Source: a virus
DNA: 28,877 bases
Reading direction: 5' to 3' (one strand)
Virus record (IMG/VR): IMGVR_UViG_3300000882_000001
Shown: positions 18,293 through 25,191 of the stretch, one piece after another
Layout of the letters: every line of letters begins with the position of its first letter
Numbering within the stretch: the stretch's first letter is position 1
Notes under the pieces: generated by a model
Told to the model about the DNA's origin: nothing
The model's database searches: none
The model's input: the letters and a program-made list of their open reading frames with translations, nothing else
Translations under genes and position numbers: made by a program

Positions 18293-18894
18293 ACGTTCCC
18301 TCTCCCGCCGAACTGATCGACCTGCTCCAGACCCGCCTCGGTCGCACCCCTTTCCGGTACGACCCGGCACGCCCCGGCATCAACCTCAACCTCATCGGCC
18401 TTCGCGCCCTCCCCGGCACGCCGGACCGCTTCGACGATCTGATCTGCGCGCTGTATCAGCAACCGGACGGCGCCTGGATCGTGCGCGCCTTCCCGGCGAC
18501 GACCGACCCCGGCGGCTACCACCTCCGCAGCCCCGGCCGCGTCAACGGGACGGCGATCATGGTTCACGACCGCTGGTATCCGGCGGTGTGGCGGATCGGG
18601 AAGCACAAGGGGGAGTACCCGGCGTTGACGCAGAACACCAGCCGCCCACCCCCGCCGGTCTGGCGCGACGGGGACAAGGACGGCGCTCCCCGGTACGGCG
18701 GGCAGGAGCACGGGGACGCGGGCGGGATCAACCTCCACCACGCGGGGACGGCTTCGACGGTGGTGGACAAGTGGAGCGCGGGCTGCCAGGTGGTGGCGGC
18801 GCGGGCGGATTGGGATGCGCTGTGGGATCTGATCCTCAAGAGTGCGGCAGTCTACGGGCAGACGTTCTCGTATGCTCTGATCGGGGTGAGCTAA
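18289..18894 (+). CDS. putative cell-wall hydrolase / endolysin with an L,D-transpeptidase-fold-like His...SxGC motif (201 aa)
   Basis: Motifs: INLNLIGLR, TTDPGGY, INLHHAG..WSAGCQVV. It sits directly before a membrane protein at the end of the late operon. Confidence 0.5.
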   Translation: MNVPSPAELIDLLQTRLGRTPFRYDPARPGINLNLIGLRALPGTPDRFDDLICALYQQPDGAWIVRAFPATTDPGGYHLRSPGRVNGTAIMVHDRWYPAVWRIGKHKGEYPALTQNTSRPPPPVWRDGDKDGAPRYGGQEHGDAGGINLHHAGTASTVVDKWSAGCQVVAARADWDALWDLILKSAAVYGQTFSYALIGVS

Positions 18895-19268
18895 TGGCGC
18901 CAACGTCAAGCCTGACCCAGCGCGAACGGGACAACCTACATGAGCAGACGGTGGAGGCGCTGCTTGACCATGAGGCGGAGAGCAGCAGGCGGCAAGAAGG
19001 GCTGACTACCCGCCTTGACCGCATCGAAGCCACACAGCAGCGCATCCTTGACGCGCTGAACCTCGGCAATACCTCGATATGGGGCGTCATCCTCCGCTTG
19101 ATCGACCGAGCGACCGCCAGCACTATCGGCACCGTCGCCCTGCTGTCCTTGATCGCCGTCGCCCTGCTGATCGGCGCCTCGGTCTATCTCGGCGCCGACC
19201 ATGTCCTCGCTATCGTCGCGGGGCGCGTTAGCCTCGGCGCTCCTCTGCCACCAACGGAGACACCATGA
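18894..19268 (+). CDS. holin-like membrane protein (124 aa)
   Basis: TAATG overlap. The N-terminus is coiled-coil-like, followed by the hydrophobic segment TIGTVALLSLIAVALLIGASVYL. Confidence 0.5.
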   Translation: MAPTSSLTQRERDNLHEQTVEALLDHEAESSRRQEGLTTRLDRIEATQQRILDALNLGNTSIWGVILRLIDRATASTIGTVALLSLIAVALLIGASVYLGADHVLAIVAGRVSLGAPLPPTETP

Positions 19269-19477
19269 TCAATGAGCCTGATGTTTCCATCTCCAGCTCC
19301 GGCGGAGTCTACGGGTCCGGCTCCAGCCTGCCGACCGTCAGATCCCGGCAGCAAGGGGTAGCCCTGTCTCGTCTGCGGGCGTGGCATCGTTGCCTACTCT
19401 CTGGCGGCGATGATGCAGCCCGCGAGGCGGCATTGTCCGGGCCGGTATTCAGCCCGGTACCCGCCAGAACAAGCTGA
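19265..19477 (+). CDS. hypothetical ORF (70 aa), coding status uncertain
   Basis: The only support is an ATGA overlap with the upstream gene. The composition is not convincing. Confidence 0.25.
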   Translation: MINEPDVSISSSGGVYGSGSSLPTVRSRQQGVALSRLRAWHRCLLSGGDDAAREAALSGPVFSPVPARTS

Positions 19478-19576
19478 CCTGCCCTGTCGGCGGCGTCTCT
19501 GCCCTGCGCGCGGGGGTCGGTGCCGGGGTCATGGTCGGGCGTGGCCATGCCTCTATTGTAGCCCGTCGCAGATCCT

Positions 19577-19622
19577 CCCGGCCCGGCCGCCTCCCCCTGT
19601 GACAGCCCGTGGCCGGGTCGGG
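19577..19622. terminator. Long GC hairpin at the convergent junction (possible bidirectional terminator and/or part of attP)
   Basis: CCCGGCCCGGCC (19577-19588) pairs with GGCCGGGTCGGG (19611-19622) at 11 of 12 positions. The loop carries the palindrome CTGTGACAG. Confidence 0.4.
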
Positions 19623-19649
19623 CAGCGCGGGGAAGTTGACCCGAAAAAA

Positions 19650-20831
19650 CTATCGGCGTTGTCCCTTGACGTTGACATCTATTTCAGTCTCTGTCATACC
19701 TTGCGACCCCTCGGACAAACGCCGGTAAGTGCGCGTTGTGACAGGATGCTGTGACAGGCTGCCATTTTCACCGCCCAGCCCCGCCCGCTCGACTGCCCGC
19801 ACGAGGTCAGCCGCCGATGCCCGCCGGTAGTGCCGCAGCGCGGTGGCGGCGGAGTGACCGAGGATCTGCGCGGCAGCGCCGACGTCGGCCCCGCTCTGGT
19901 AGAGGGCATCGACGGCAGCCCGCCTCAGCCCGTGCGGGGTGACGTGCGCGATCCCCAGGTCGCGGCAGCCCTGCCGCAGCGCGAGCCGCAGACCCTGCCC
20001 GGCGGACACCGCAGGCCACACGCGCTCACCGGGCTGCTGCATGCGCCACTCGCGCAGGGTCGCCACGATCCCCGCGCCCAGCGGCACCACCCGCTCCCCG
20101 GTCTTGCCGCTGACGGTGACCCGCGCGCCGGACAGATCGACCTGCGCCCAGCACAGATCCGCGATCTCCCCGATCCGGCAGCCCGTGGCTCCCAGCAGCA
20201 GCAGCGCCACCCGCTGCCAGCCATCGGACTGCGCCGCCAGAGCGCCGATCTCTGCGCGGCTGGGCGTGTACCGCAGCCGCCCGCCCCGCGACACCACCCG
20301 CACCCTCGGCAGCGCGCGGGCTACCCAGCCCTCCTCCATCGCCCATCGCCACGCCGTACCCAGGATCGTCATGTCCAGCCGCACCGTCGCCGATGCCCGC
20401 CGCGCCCGGAGCTGGCGATCCCGGTAGCCCTCGACAGTCGCCCGGCGCACGTCGAGCAGCGCCACGTCGCCCAGCTCGTCAGCCACCAGGCGGCGCGCGG
20501 CCACGAGGTAGCAGTCCACCGAGGCGGGGCTCAGGTCGGCGCGCTGCTGCTGGCCGCCGCACCAGACTTCCAGCAGATCCCGAACCGTGGGCGGCGCACC
20601 GTGGGCGCGCGGGGCCGGGTCGGGGCGGTGGGTCTCTCCGGCGGCGACGCTGGCACCGAGGCGGCGCTGGATCTCTGCGACCGTACCCCAGGCGCACCAG
20701 ACGGTCTCGCGTCCGCCTGAGCCGTCCGCCCGATCCGCCCGCCAGTACCACCGGGCGTCTGCGCGAGGCCCTCGCGCAACCCGGGCGGTCAGCGGATCGG
20801 CATGGATCGGGCGGGGTCGCTTGGGCTTCAT
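19650..20831 (-). CDS. int: tyrosine recombinase / phage integrase (393 aa)
   Basis: Catalytic pattern: LLLLGATGCRIGE (Arg), HGLRR (His-x-x-Arg), ILGHS, LRHYRR (Tyr). Confidence 0.93.
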   Translation of the reverse strand: MKPKRPRPIHADPLTARVARGPRADARWYWRADRADGSGGRETVWCAWGTVAEIQRRLGASVAAGETHRPDPAPRAHGAPPTVRDLLEVWCGGQQQRADLSPASVDCYLVAARRLVADELGDVALLDVRRATVEGYRDRQLRARRASATVRLDMTILGTAWRWAMEEGWVARALPRVRVVSRGGRLRYTPSRAEIGALAAQSDGWQRVALLLLGATGCRIGEIADLCWAQVDLSGARVTVSGKTGERVVPLGAGIVATLREWRMQQPGERVWPAVSAGQGLRLALRQGCRDLGIAHVTPHGLRRAAVDALYQSGADVGAAAQILGHSAATALRHYRRASAADLVRAVERAGLGGENGSLSQHPVTTRTYRRLSEGSQGMTETEIDVNVKGQRR

Positions 20832-21100
20832 CGTTTGGGTCTCAGGTCTGCTCTGGGCATGGGCTTAACGGGGGTCGGGGGCGGGGTCGAATTGGCAGCA
20901 GGCTCCGGCTCGCGGAAAAACCGGATCACATCGCCCCAGATCACTACCTGCCGTCCTCGACGGCACCGGATCAGACCCTCCTCGCGCAGCAGCGCCAGCG
21001 CATCGGCCAGCCGCATCGGCAGCAGCGCGGCTGCATCGGTCGGGGAGAGGATCGCGGCCTCTCCGAGCTGCCGGCGGCGGTCATCTGCATCAGCCATCAT
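20828..21100 (-). CDS. xis: excisionase-like HTH protein (90 aa)
   Basis: ATGA overlap with the int start. The segment ILSPTDAAALLPMRLADALALLREEGLI resembles the excisionase/MerR-type HTH. AGGAGG lies upstream. Confidence 0.65.
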   Translation of the reverse strand: MMADADDRRRQLGEAAILSPTDAAALLPMRLADALALLREEGLIRCRRGRQVVIWGDVIRFFREPEPAANSTPPPTPVKPMPRADLRPKR

Positions 21101-21248
21101 CCACCTCCTGCGCCCGTCGGGCTTCTTCCCCTGTCATCGACACCGCCACCCAGCCGGTGATCCCTGTCGCTGTCAGCACCGTGATCGGCCCGCGCCACAG
21201 CAGGAGCAGGCGGGCGGCGAGGATGGCGAGCTCGTGCCTGCGTCTCAT
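21090..21248 (-). CDS. small membrane protein (52 aa), not in the supplied ORF track
   Basis: My own translation is MRRRHELAILAARLLLLWRGPITVLTATGITGWVAVSMTGEEARRAQEVDDG. ATGA overlap with the upstream stop. Its 3' end overlaps the xis start and carries the xis SD. Confidence 0.45.
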   Translation of the reverse strand: MRRRHELAILAARLLLLWRGPITVLTATGITGWVAVSMTGEEARRAQEVDDG

Positions 21249-21682
21249 ACCGCCCCCATCGCGCCGACCGCGCCCAGCCCCAGCATCCCCATCACCACCG
21301 CATCCTGCGCCGGGGCGCTCTCTGCGTACCGATCCAGCATCGCCCGCTCCCGGCGGCTGATCCTGCCGTAGCTCAGGGTGATCGGCAGGCGCCGGAATTC
21401 ATCGACGTAGGGGGCCAGCTCCTCCGGCCACGCGCCGCGCTTGAGGGTGTTGACGATGTGAGGCGGCAGCCCGCAGCACACGATCTCCGTCAGCACCAGG
21501 CCGCGCTCCTGGCTCTCGACATAGGCGGCCAGGATCGACAGCAGCCAGGGCGCCGCCTCGCGCCAGATCGACGGCCAGCCGTGGGCGAGGGGGTGAAGGG
21601 TGAGGGCCGTTCCCTGATCCAGTTCGGGCCAGGAGCCGATCCAGTGGACTCCGTCTGGAGAAAGGAAGAGGTGGAGGGTCAC
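21245..21682 (-). CDS. hypothetical protein (145 aa) with a Gly-zipper hydrophobic C-terminal tail
   Basis: GTG start in a GTGA overlap. The C-terminus is VVMGMLGLGAVGAMGAV. Confidence 0.55.
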   Translation of the reverse strand: MTLHLFLSPDGVHWIGSWPELDQGTALTLHPLAHGWPSIWREAAPWLLSILAAYVESQERGLVLTEIVCCGLPPHIVNTLKRGAWPEELAPYVDEFRRLPITLSYGRISRRERAMLDRYAESAPAQDAVVMGMLGLGAVGAMGAV

Positions 21683-23505
21683 GCCGCACCCGTCAGCGCC
21701 TGCGACCGCAGCACCATCGCCCTGTCGAGGCGGAGCGCCGCGACGCTGTCCAGCTCGTCAGCGCTCAACACGATCCCGCATGCCAGTGTCTCGCTCTGCT
21801 GCTGCTGCAGCTTCTCCGCCTCCTGCTCCAGCCGGTACGCGCTGCCCCACAGCTCGATCCGGCGCTCCAGATCGGCGGCGATGAGGTTCGGCGTAGCCGT
21901 GGCCAGCCGAACCTCAGCGAGCCGGAGGTCGCGCTCCAGGTCGCTGTAGGAGCGCCGCTCGGAGGCGAGTTCATCCATCAGGCCGGTGACGCGGCTCTTC
22001 AGATCCTTCACCTCGCGCTCCAGCCGGTCCGCCTTCACCATCGCACCCTGCTTCTCCTCGATCAGCCGCTTGACGATCTCCGTCTGCGCCCTGACCACCA
22101 CCAGCACATCGGCCCCGTCCACGCCCTCGTCGGTCTCGATGCCCAGGGCGTCGGCGAGGTCGGCGATCAGCGTCCCGGCGGCCTCCTCGGCGGCGAGGGC
22201 TTCCTGCAGGCGGGCGTCGGTGTCGGCGGGCTTCTTTTCAGCGGGCATGGCGGCTCCTTTCGAGGAGAGCGGGTAGAGACCCGGCAGCGCCGGATCGTTG
22301 GGGAGGATCAGCCCTTTCTTGCGGAGGGCGTGGGATGCGTCGTGGATCGCCATGATGCCGACGCCGAGCGCGGGCGCCGCGCCGACAGCGGAGATCCCCG
22401 GCTGTTCGGTGATGAGCTGCAGCAGCCGACCGCGCATGGTGTCTGGCTCTACGAGCGGGCGTTCGGGCGCCGGAGGCAGCAGACCCCGCTGGCGGAGGGT
22501 GCCGACGGCGCTGCGGACGCTGGCGGGGCTGGTGTTGAAGCGCGCGGCCAGCGTGGTGCTGGTGACCCGAGGCTCGGCCAGCACGGCGGCCTGGATGCGC
22601 TCCTGGAGCTGGGGTTCACGCGGCTGGGGCTCGGCGGGGGGAGCGGGTTCGGCGCGGCGACGGGGGGCGGGCGGCAGGGCGCCGGAGCGGCGCAGGAGGC
22701 TGATGCAGCTCCGCACGGTGTCTGGACTGGTGCCGAGGCGGGCGGCCAGGGCGGCGCTGCTGATGTCCGGGTCAGCCAGCACGGCGGCGCGGATCGCCTC
22801 CTTCTGAGCGCCAGCGCGCGGGCGCGAAGATGGGGCGTACTGGCGAGCGGGCGGGGGCAGCACCCCGCGCTTGCGGAGCCGGCAGACGCAGGAGCGGACG
22901 CCGCCCGCGCTGATGCCGAGGCGGGCGGCCAGGACGACGCTGGAGAGGTTCGGCTCGTCCATCATGGCGTCCTGCACTTTGTCCTGGATCAGTGCATCGG
23001 CCTCACCACCCACGGCGGCGGTCCTGGTGGCAGGCACAGCCTTCCGCGACACCGGCTCCGCAGGTCTGGCAGTCGTCGGGCTGGGCGCGGTCTTCGCGGG
23101 CGGGGGCGGTTCGACCGGCGAGGCGTCGGGCGGCGAGGCGGTGGGAAGGCTCTTTGCGGCGGGAACCCATTCTGTCTCCGGGGTAATATTGTTAGAAAGC
23201 GGGATTGATGCGCCAGTGTCGGCATCGACAGGCGGCGCGGGGGCAGGGGTGGAGGCGGTCTCCGTGGGCCGGGCGCGCAGCACCGGGGCGGGGGACTGGA
23301 TGGTGATGGGCGGCGCGACGGGAAGGGCGGCGCGGCGGGTGTCCTCTGCGGCGAGGGCGACGGCGTCCCGGCCTGACTGCCAGCGCTGCAGACAGAGGTA
23401 GCAGACCCATCCGTAGACCGTGTGGTTCCGGCTGGGGCCGCGCTGCTCGCAGATCGGGCAGAGGCGCGGGCGGGTGTCGGTGGCTTCGAATTCAGATCGA
23501 GACAT
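21679..23505 (-). CDS. multidomain DNA-binding protein (608 aa): N-terminal Zn ribbon, Pro/Ala linker, four tandem AsnC/Lrp-type wHTH-like repeats, C-terminal coiled coil
   Basis: AGGAGGG lies 8 nt before ATG 23505. The Zn ribbon is CPIC..CYLC. The four roughly 47-aa repeats are of the form (I/L)xxAVLAxPxxSSxxLAARLGxSPxTVRSxxxxLRxxGxLPP. A heptad-like region follows. Confidence 0.75.
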   Translation of the reverse strand: MSRSEFEATDTRPRLCPICEQRGPSRNHTVYGWVCYLCLQRWQSGRDAVALAAEDTRRAALPVAPPITIQSPAPVLRARPTETASTPAPAPPVDADTGASIPLSNNITPETEWVPAAKSLPTASPPDASPVEPPPPAKTAPSPTTARPAEPVSRKAVPATRTAAVGGEADALIQDKVQDAMMDEPNLSSVVLAARLGISAGGVRSCVCRLRKRGVLPPPARQYAPSSRPRAGAQKEAIRAAVLADPDISSAALAARLGTSPDTVRSCISLLRRSGALPPAPRRRAEPAPPAEPQPREPQLQERIQAAVLAEPRVTSTTLAARFNTSPASVRSAVGTLRQRGLLPPAPERPLVEPDTMRGRLLQLITEQPGISAVGAAPALGVGIMAIHDASHALRKKGLILPNDPALPGLYPLSSKGAAMPAEKKPADTDARLQEALAAEEAAGTLIADLADALGIETDEGVDGADVLVVVRAQTEIVKRLIEEKQGAMVKADRLEREVKDLKSRVTGLMDELASERRSYSDLERDLRLAEVRLATATPNLIAADLERRIELWGSAYRLEQEAEKLQQQQSETLACGIVLSADELDSVAALRLDRAMVLRSQALTGAA

Positions 23506-23929
23506 GGGCAACGCCCTCCTGTTGCGCGTACCAGTTGAGGCGGCGCCCAATGGACAGGCCGGCGAGGGGGCTGGACACCGGCACCGGCGACAGAGACCGG
23601 AGCAGCTCGACGTAGGGCAGGCCAGCGTGTACCTCGATGCGCGTAGCTCCGGTGATCGCGAGTGCCAGGCCGAGCTGCGCCCGCACATCGGCCTGATACC
23701 GGGCCAGCTCTACCGGCGGCTGACGTAGACGCTCATGCATGCTGAGGTCGTATGGAGCTATGCGAGCCAGCGGCCAGATCAGCCCGTGGAGGGCCGACAG
23801 GATGGCCCAGGGGGCGCCCTGTGCCTCGACGTACTGGCGAGCGGCGCGGAATAGACATCCGGTGTAGAGGTCGGCAGCCGGACACGCTCCAGCAGCCTTT
23901 GTTCTTCCACATCCGACGACGATCAGCAT
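23492..23929 (-). CDS. hypothetical protein, DUF6884-like pattern (145 aa)
   Basis: The pattern is VVGCGRTK..PAADLY.G.LF..ILSALHGLI.P...I.PYDLSM. AGGAG lies upstream of ATG 23929. The family assignment is from memory. Confidence 0.55.
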   Translation of the reverse strand: MLIVVGCGRTKAAGACPAADLYTGCLFRAARQYVEAQGAPWAILSALHGLIWPLARIAPYDLSMHERLRQPPVELARYQADVRAQLGLALAITGATRIEVHAGLPYVELLRSLSPVPVSSPLAGLSIGRRLNWYAQQEGVAHVSI

Positions 23930-23945
23930 TTTACACTCCTGGATG

Positions 23946-23987
23946 ATGATGCGCCGTCCCGGAGTCGAACCGGGGATCCGTGCGGCG
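23946..23987 (-). ncRNA. tRNA-like acceptor/T-arm minihelix (truncated tRNA remnant or structured RNA element)
   Basis: Minus strand reads GCGCCG-cacggatc-CCCGG-TTCGACT-CCGGG-a-CGGCGC-A-tca. It has a canonical T-loop and an acceptor-like stem but no D or anticodon arms. Confidence 0.5.
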
Positions 23988-23997
23988 CTGCTGGGGA

Positions 23998-24126
23998 TCA
24001 GGTCGCCTGACGACGACGACGATCACGACGACGACGAGGGGGACACATGAGGCGGAATCCGTACCCGGCGATCAGGCCGGCCTCGACGGTGGCGAGGATC
24101 TGCACGAGGATCAGCAGGTCGCTCAC
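23998..24126 (-). CDS. 42-aa hydrophobic peptide with poly-Arg tail, not in the supplied ORF track
   Basis: GTG start in a GTGA overlap with the upstream stop, with GGGAGG upstream. The translation is (M)SDLLILVQILATVEAGLIAGYGFRLMCPPRRRRDRRRRQAT. Confidence 0.5.
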   Translation of the reverse strand: MSDLLILVQILATVEAGLIAGYGFRLMCPPRRRRDRRRRQAT

Positions 24127-24605
24127 AGGTCACCTCCCGTCGGCGCCGAGCAGTCGCCAGCCTTCCAGCCCGCCACGCACACCACCCACACTTTGATGCA
24201 GGTCTCCCCGCTGGCCGGCGTCGTCGCACAGCAGGCGGCCAGGGCGCAGCGCGGCGCGACGCATGCGGCGGGCGCAGGGGGCGCGGTCAGGCTGTCGAGG
24301 TAGCCGTCAGCGTCGGCAGGCGGCGCGCTCTGGCTGTGGATCTGCGCGTCGTAGAGCCGGGAGACGACCTCCGCCAGCGTGATCGCGTCGCCGCTGCTCA
24401 TGCGGGCCGTGGCGACGATCAGCGCCCGCCACGCGCCAGAGCCAGCCGACGGGCGGGGCAGACCGAGGCGGCCCAGCTCGTCGGCGACCGTGCCATAGTC
24501 CAGCCCGAAGTCACGGAGGCGCGCACAGAACGCGCGGCGGACTTCGGCGGTGAACAGCGCGTCGTGGGCGGCTTTCGGCCCGCCCTGGCCACGGGCGCGG
24601 CTCAC
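24123..24605 (-). CDS. hypothetical protein (160 aa), HTH-like N-terminus and Cys-rich C-terminus
   Basis: GTG start in a GTGA overlap. The segment DYGTVADELGRLGLPR is HTH-like. Confidence 0.55.
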   Translation of the reverse strand: MSRARGQGGPKAAHDALFTAEVRRAFCARLRDFGLDYGTVADELGRLGLPRPSAGSGAWRALIVATARMSSGDAITLAEVVSRLYDAQIHSQSAPPADADGYLDSLTAPPAPAACVAPRCALAACCATTPASGETCIKVWVVCVAGWKAGDCSAPTGGDL

Positions 24606-24832
24606 AGCTCACACTCGCAAGACTCGATGCCGACGCCGCAGGACTCACAGGGGATGTTGACCATGCGCGGGCGGTACATCGGCACCCCGGAGCGGCACAT
24701 CAGACAGGCGATCTCGCCTTCGGGGAACGTCACCACCCCGCTGTCGTTGCAGACGGTGCAGGCGGGGGGAGGGGGCTGGCTGGGCGGGTTGCCGATGATG
24801 TAGCGCCCGCCGGGGATGCGCTGGATCATCAC
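24602..24832 (-). CDS. small Cys-rich zinc-ribbon protein (76 aa)
   Basis: Cys motifs: CTVC..SG, CLMC, CESC, CEC. ATGA overlap upstream. Confidence 0.6.
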   Translation of the reverse strand: MMIQRIPGGRYIIGNPPSQPPPPACTVCNDSGVVTFPEGEIACLMCRSGVPMYRPRMVNIPCESCGVGIESCECEL

Positions 24833-25092
24833 ATCACCTCATCAGCGGAGGCGAGATCGTCGCAGTCCAGCTCGTGCGTGTCGTCGTAGTCGTCGTCGCA
24901 GTCGTCGTAGAGCGGCCCGGTCTCGGCTTCGCCCTGGTCGCGGATCGCGTCGGCGATGTCCTGCGCGGCGTCGATGGCGATCTCAGCGAGGGCGGCGTCG
25001 TCGCAGTCGCAGGCGGCGGCCTGGATGTCGTGCAACAGGCCGAACAGCAGGTCGGTGGTGTGGAGGTGAGAGAGGGGGGAGAGGGTGTGCAT
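24829..25092 (-). CDS. highly acidic small protein (87 aa), first gene of the leftward early operon
   Basis: AGGAGG (25107-25102) lies 9 nt before the ATG. It has 20 Asp and 5 Glu, one Arg and no Lys. Confidence 0.7.
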   Translation of the reverse strand: MHTLSPLSHLHTTDLLFGLLHDIQAAACDCDDAALAEIAIDAAQDIADAIRDQGEAETGPLYDDCDDDYDDTHELDCDDLASADEVM

Positions 25093-25115
25093 CGTCGGAA
25101 GCCTCCTGACGATAT

Positions 25116-25151
25116 TAGTCTATGACCTGTCTCCCCTCATGTCAAGGACTA
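25116..25151. promoter_or_regulatory. Putative operator pair over the PL-like promoter
   Basis: TAGTCTATGAC (25116-25126), a 14-nt spacer, then GTCAAGGACTA (25141-25151). This is an imperfect inverted repeat related to GTCATAGGCTA at 25813-25823. Confidence 0.4.
25117..25145 (-). promoter_or_regulatory. PL-like leftward early promoter
   Basis: On the minus strand: TTGACA (25145-25140), a 17-nt spacer, TAGACT (25122-25117), then the SD and ATG 25092. Confidence 0.5.
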
Positions 25152-25161
25152 ATACGTCGTC

Positions 25162-25191
25162 TTGACATACGGTATCGGTGGATACCAATAT
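25162..25191 (+). promoter_or_regulatory. Orphan rightward promoter-like element pointing into the 3' end of the repressor gene
   Basis: TTGACA (25162-25167), an 18-nt spacer, CAATAT (25186-25191). The spacer contains the palindrome GGTATC-GGTG-GATACC (25171-25186). Confidence 0.35.

Noticed and set aside
19309-19754. ORFs 19309..19548(-) and 19410..19754(+) in the int-proximal gap
   Set aside because: Their composition is shadow-like. They have no SD and no coupling, and they cross the hairpin and the int 3' end. The region is better explained as terminator/attP DNA.
23946-23987. A complete tRNA gene, or the attP core for integration into a tRNA gene
   Set aside because: The 5' acceptor strand GCGCCGT needed about 65 nt upstream is absent, and no D or anticodon arm can be drawn, so it is not a full tRNA. 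As attP it would lie between the PL-like promoter and xis/int. That would cut xis and int off from early transcription in the prophage. The usual attP position next to int (19478-19760) is more plausible.
23980-24303. Plus-strand ORF encoding a TTTITTTT run
   Set aside because: It is the antisense reading of the (CGT)4-GAT-(CGT)4 tract and of the 160-aa minus-strand gene. It has no start context or coupling signals.
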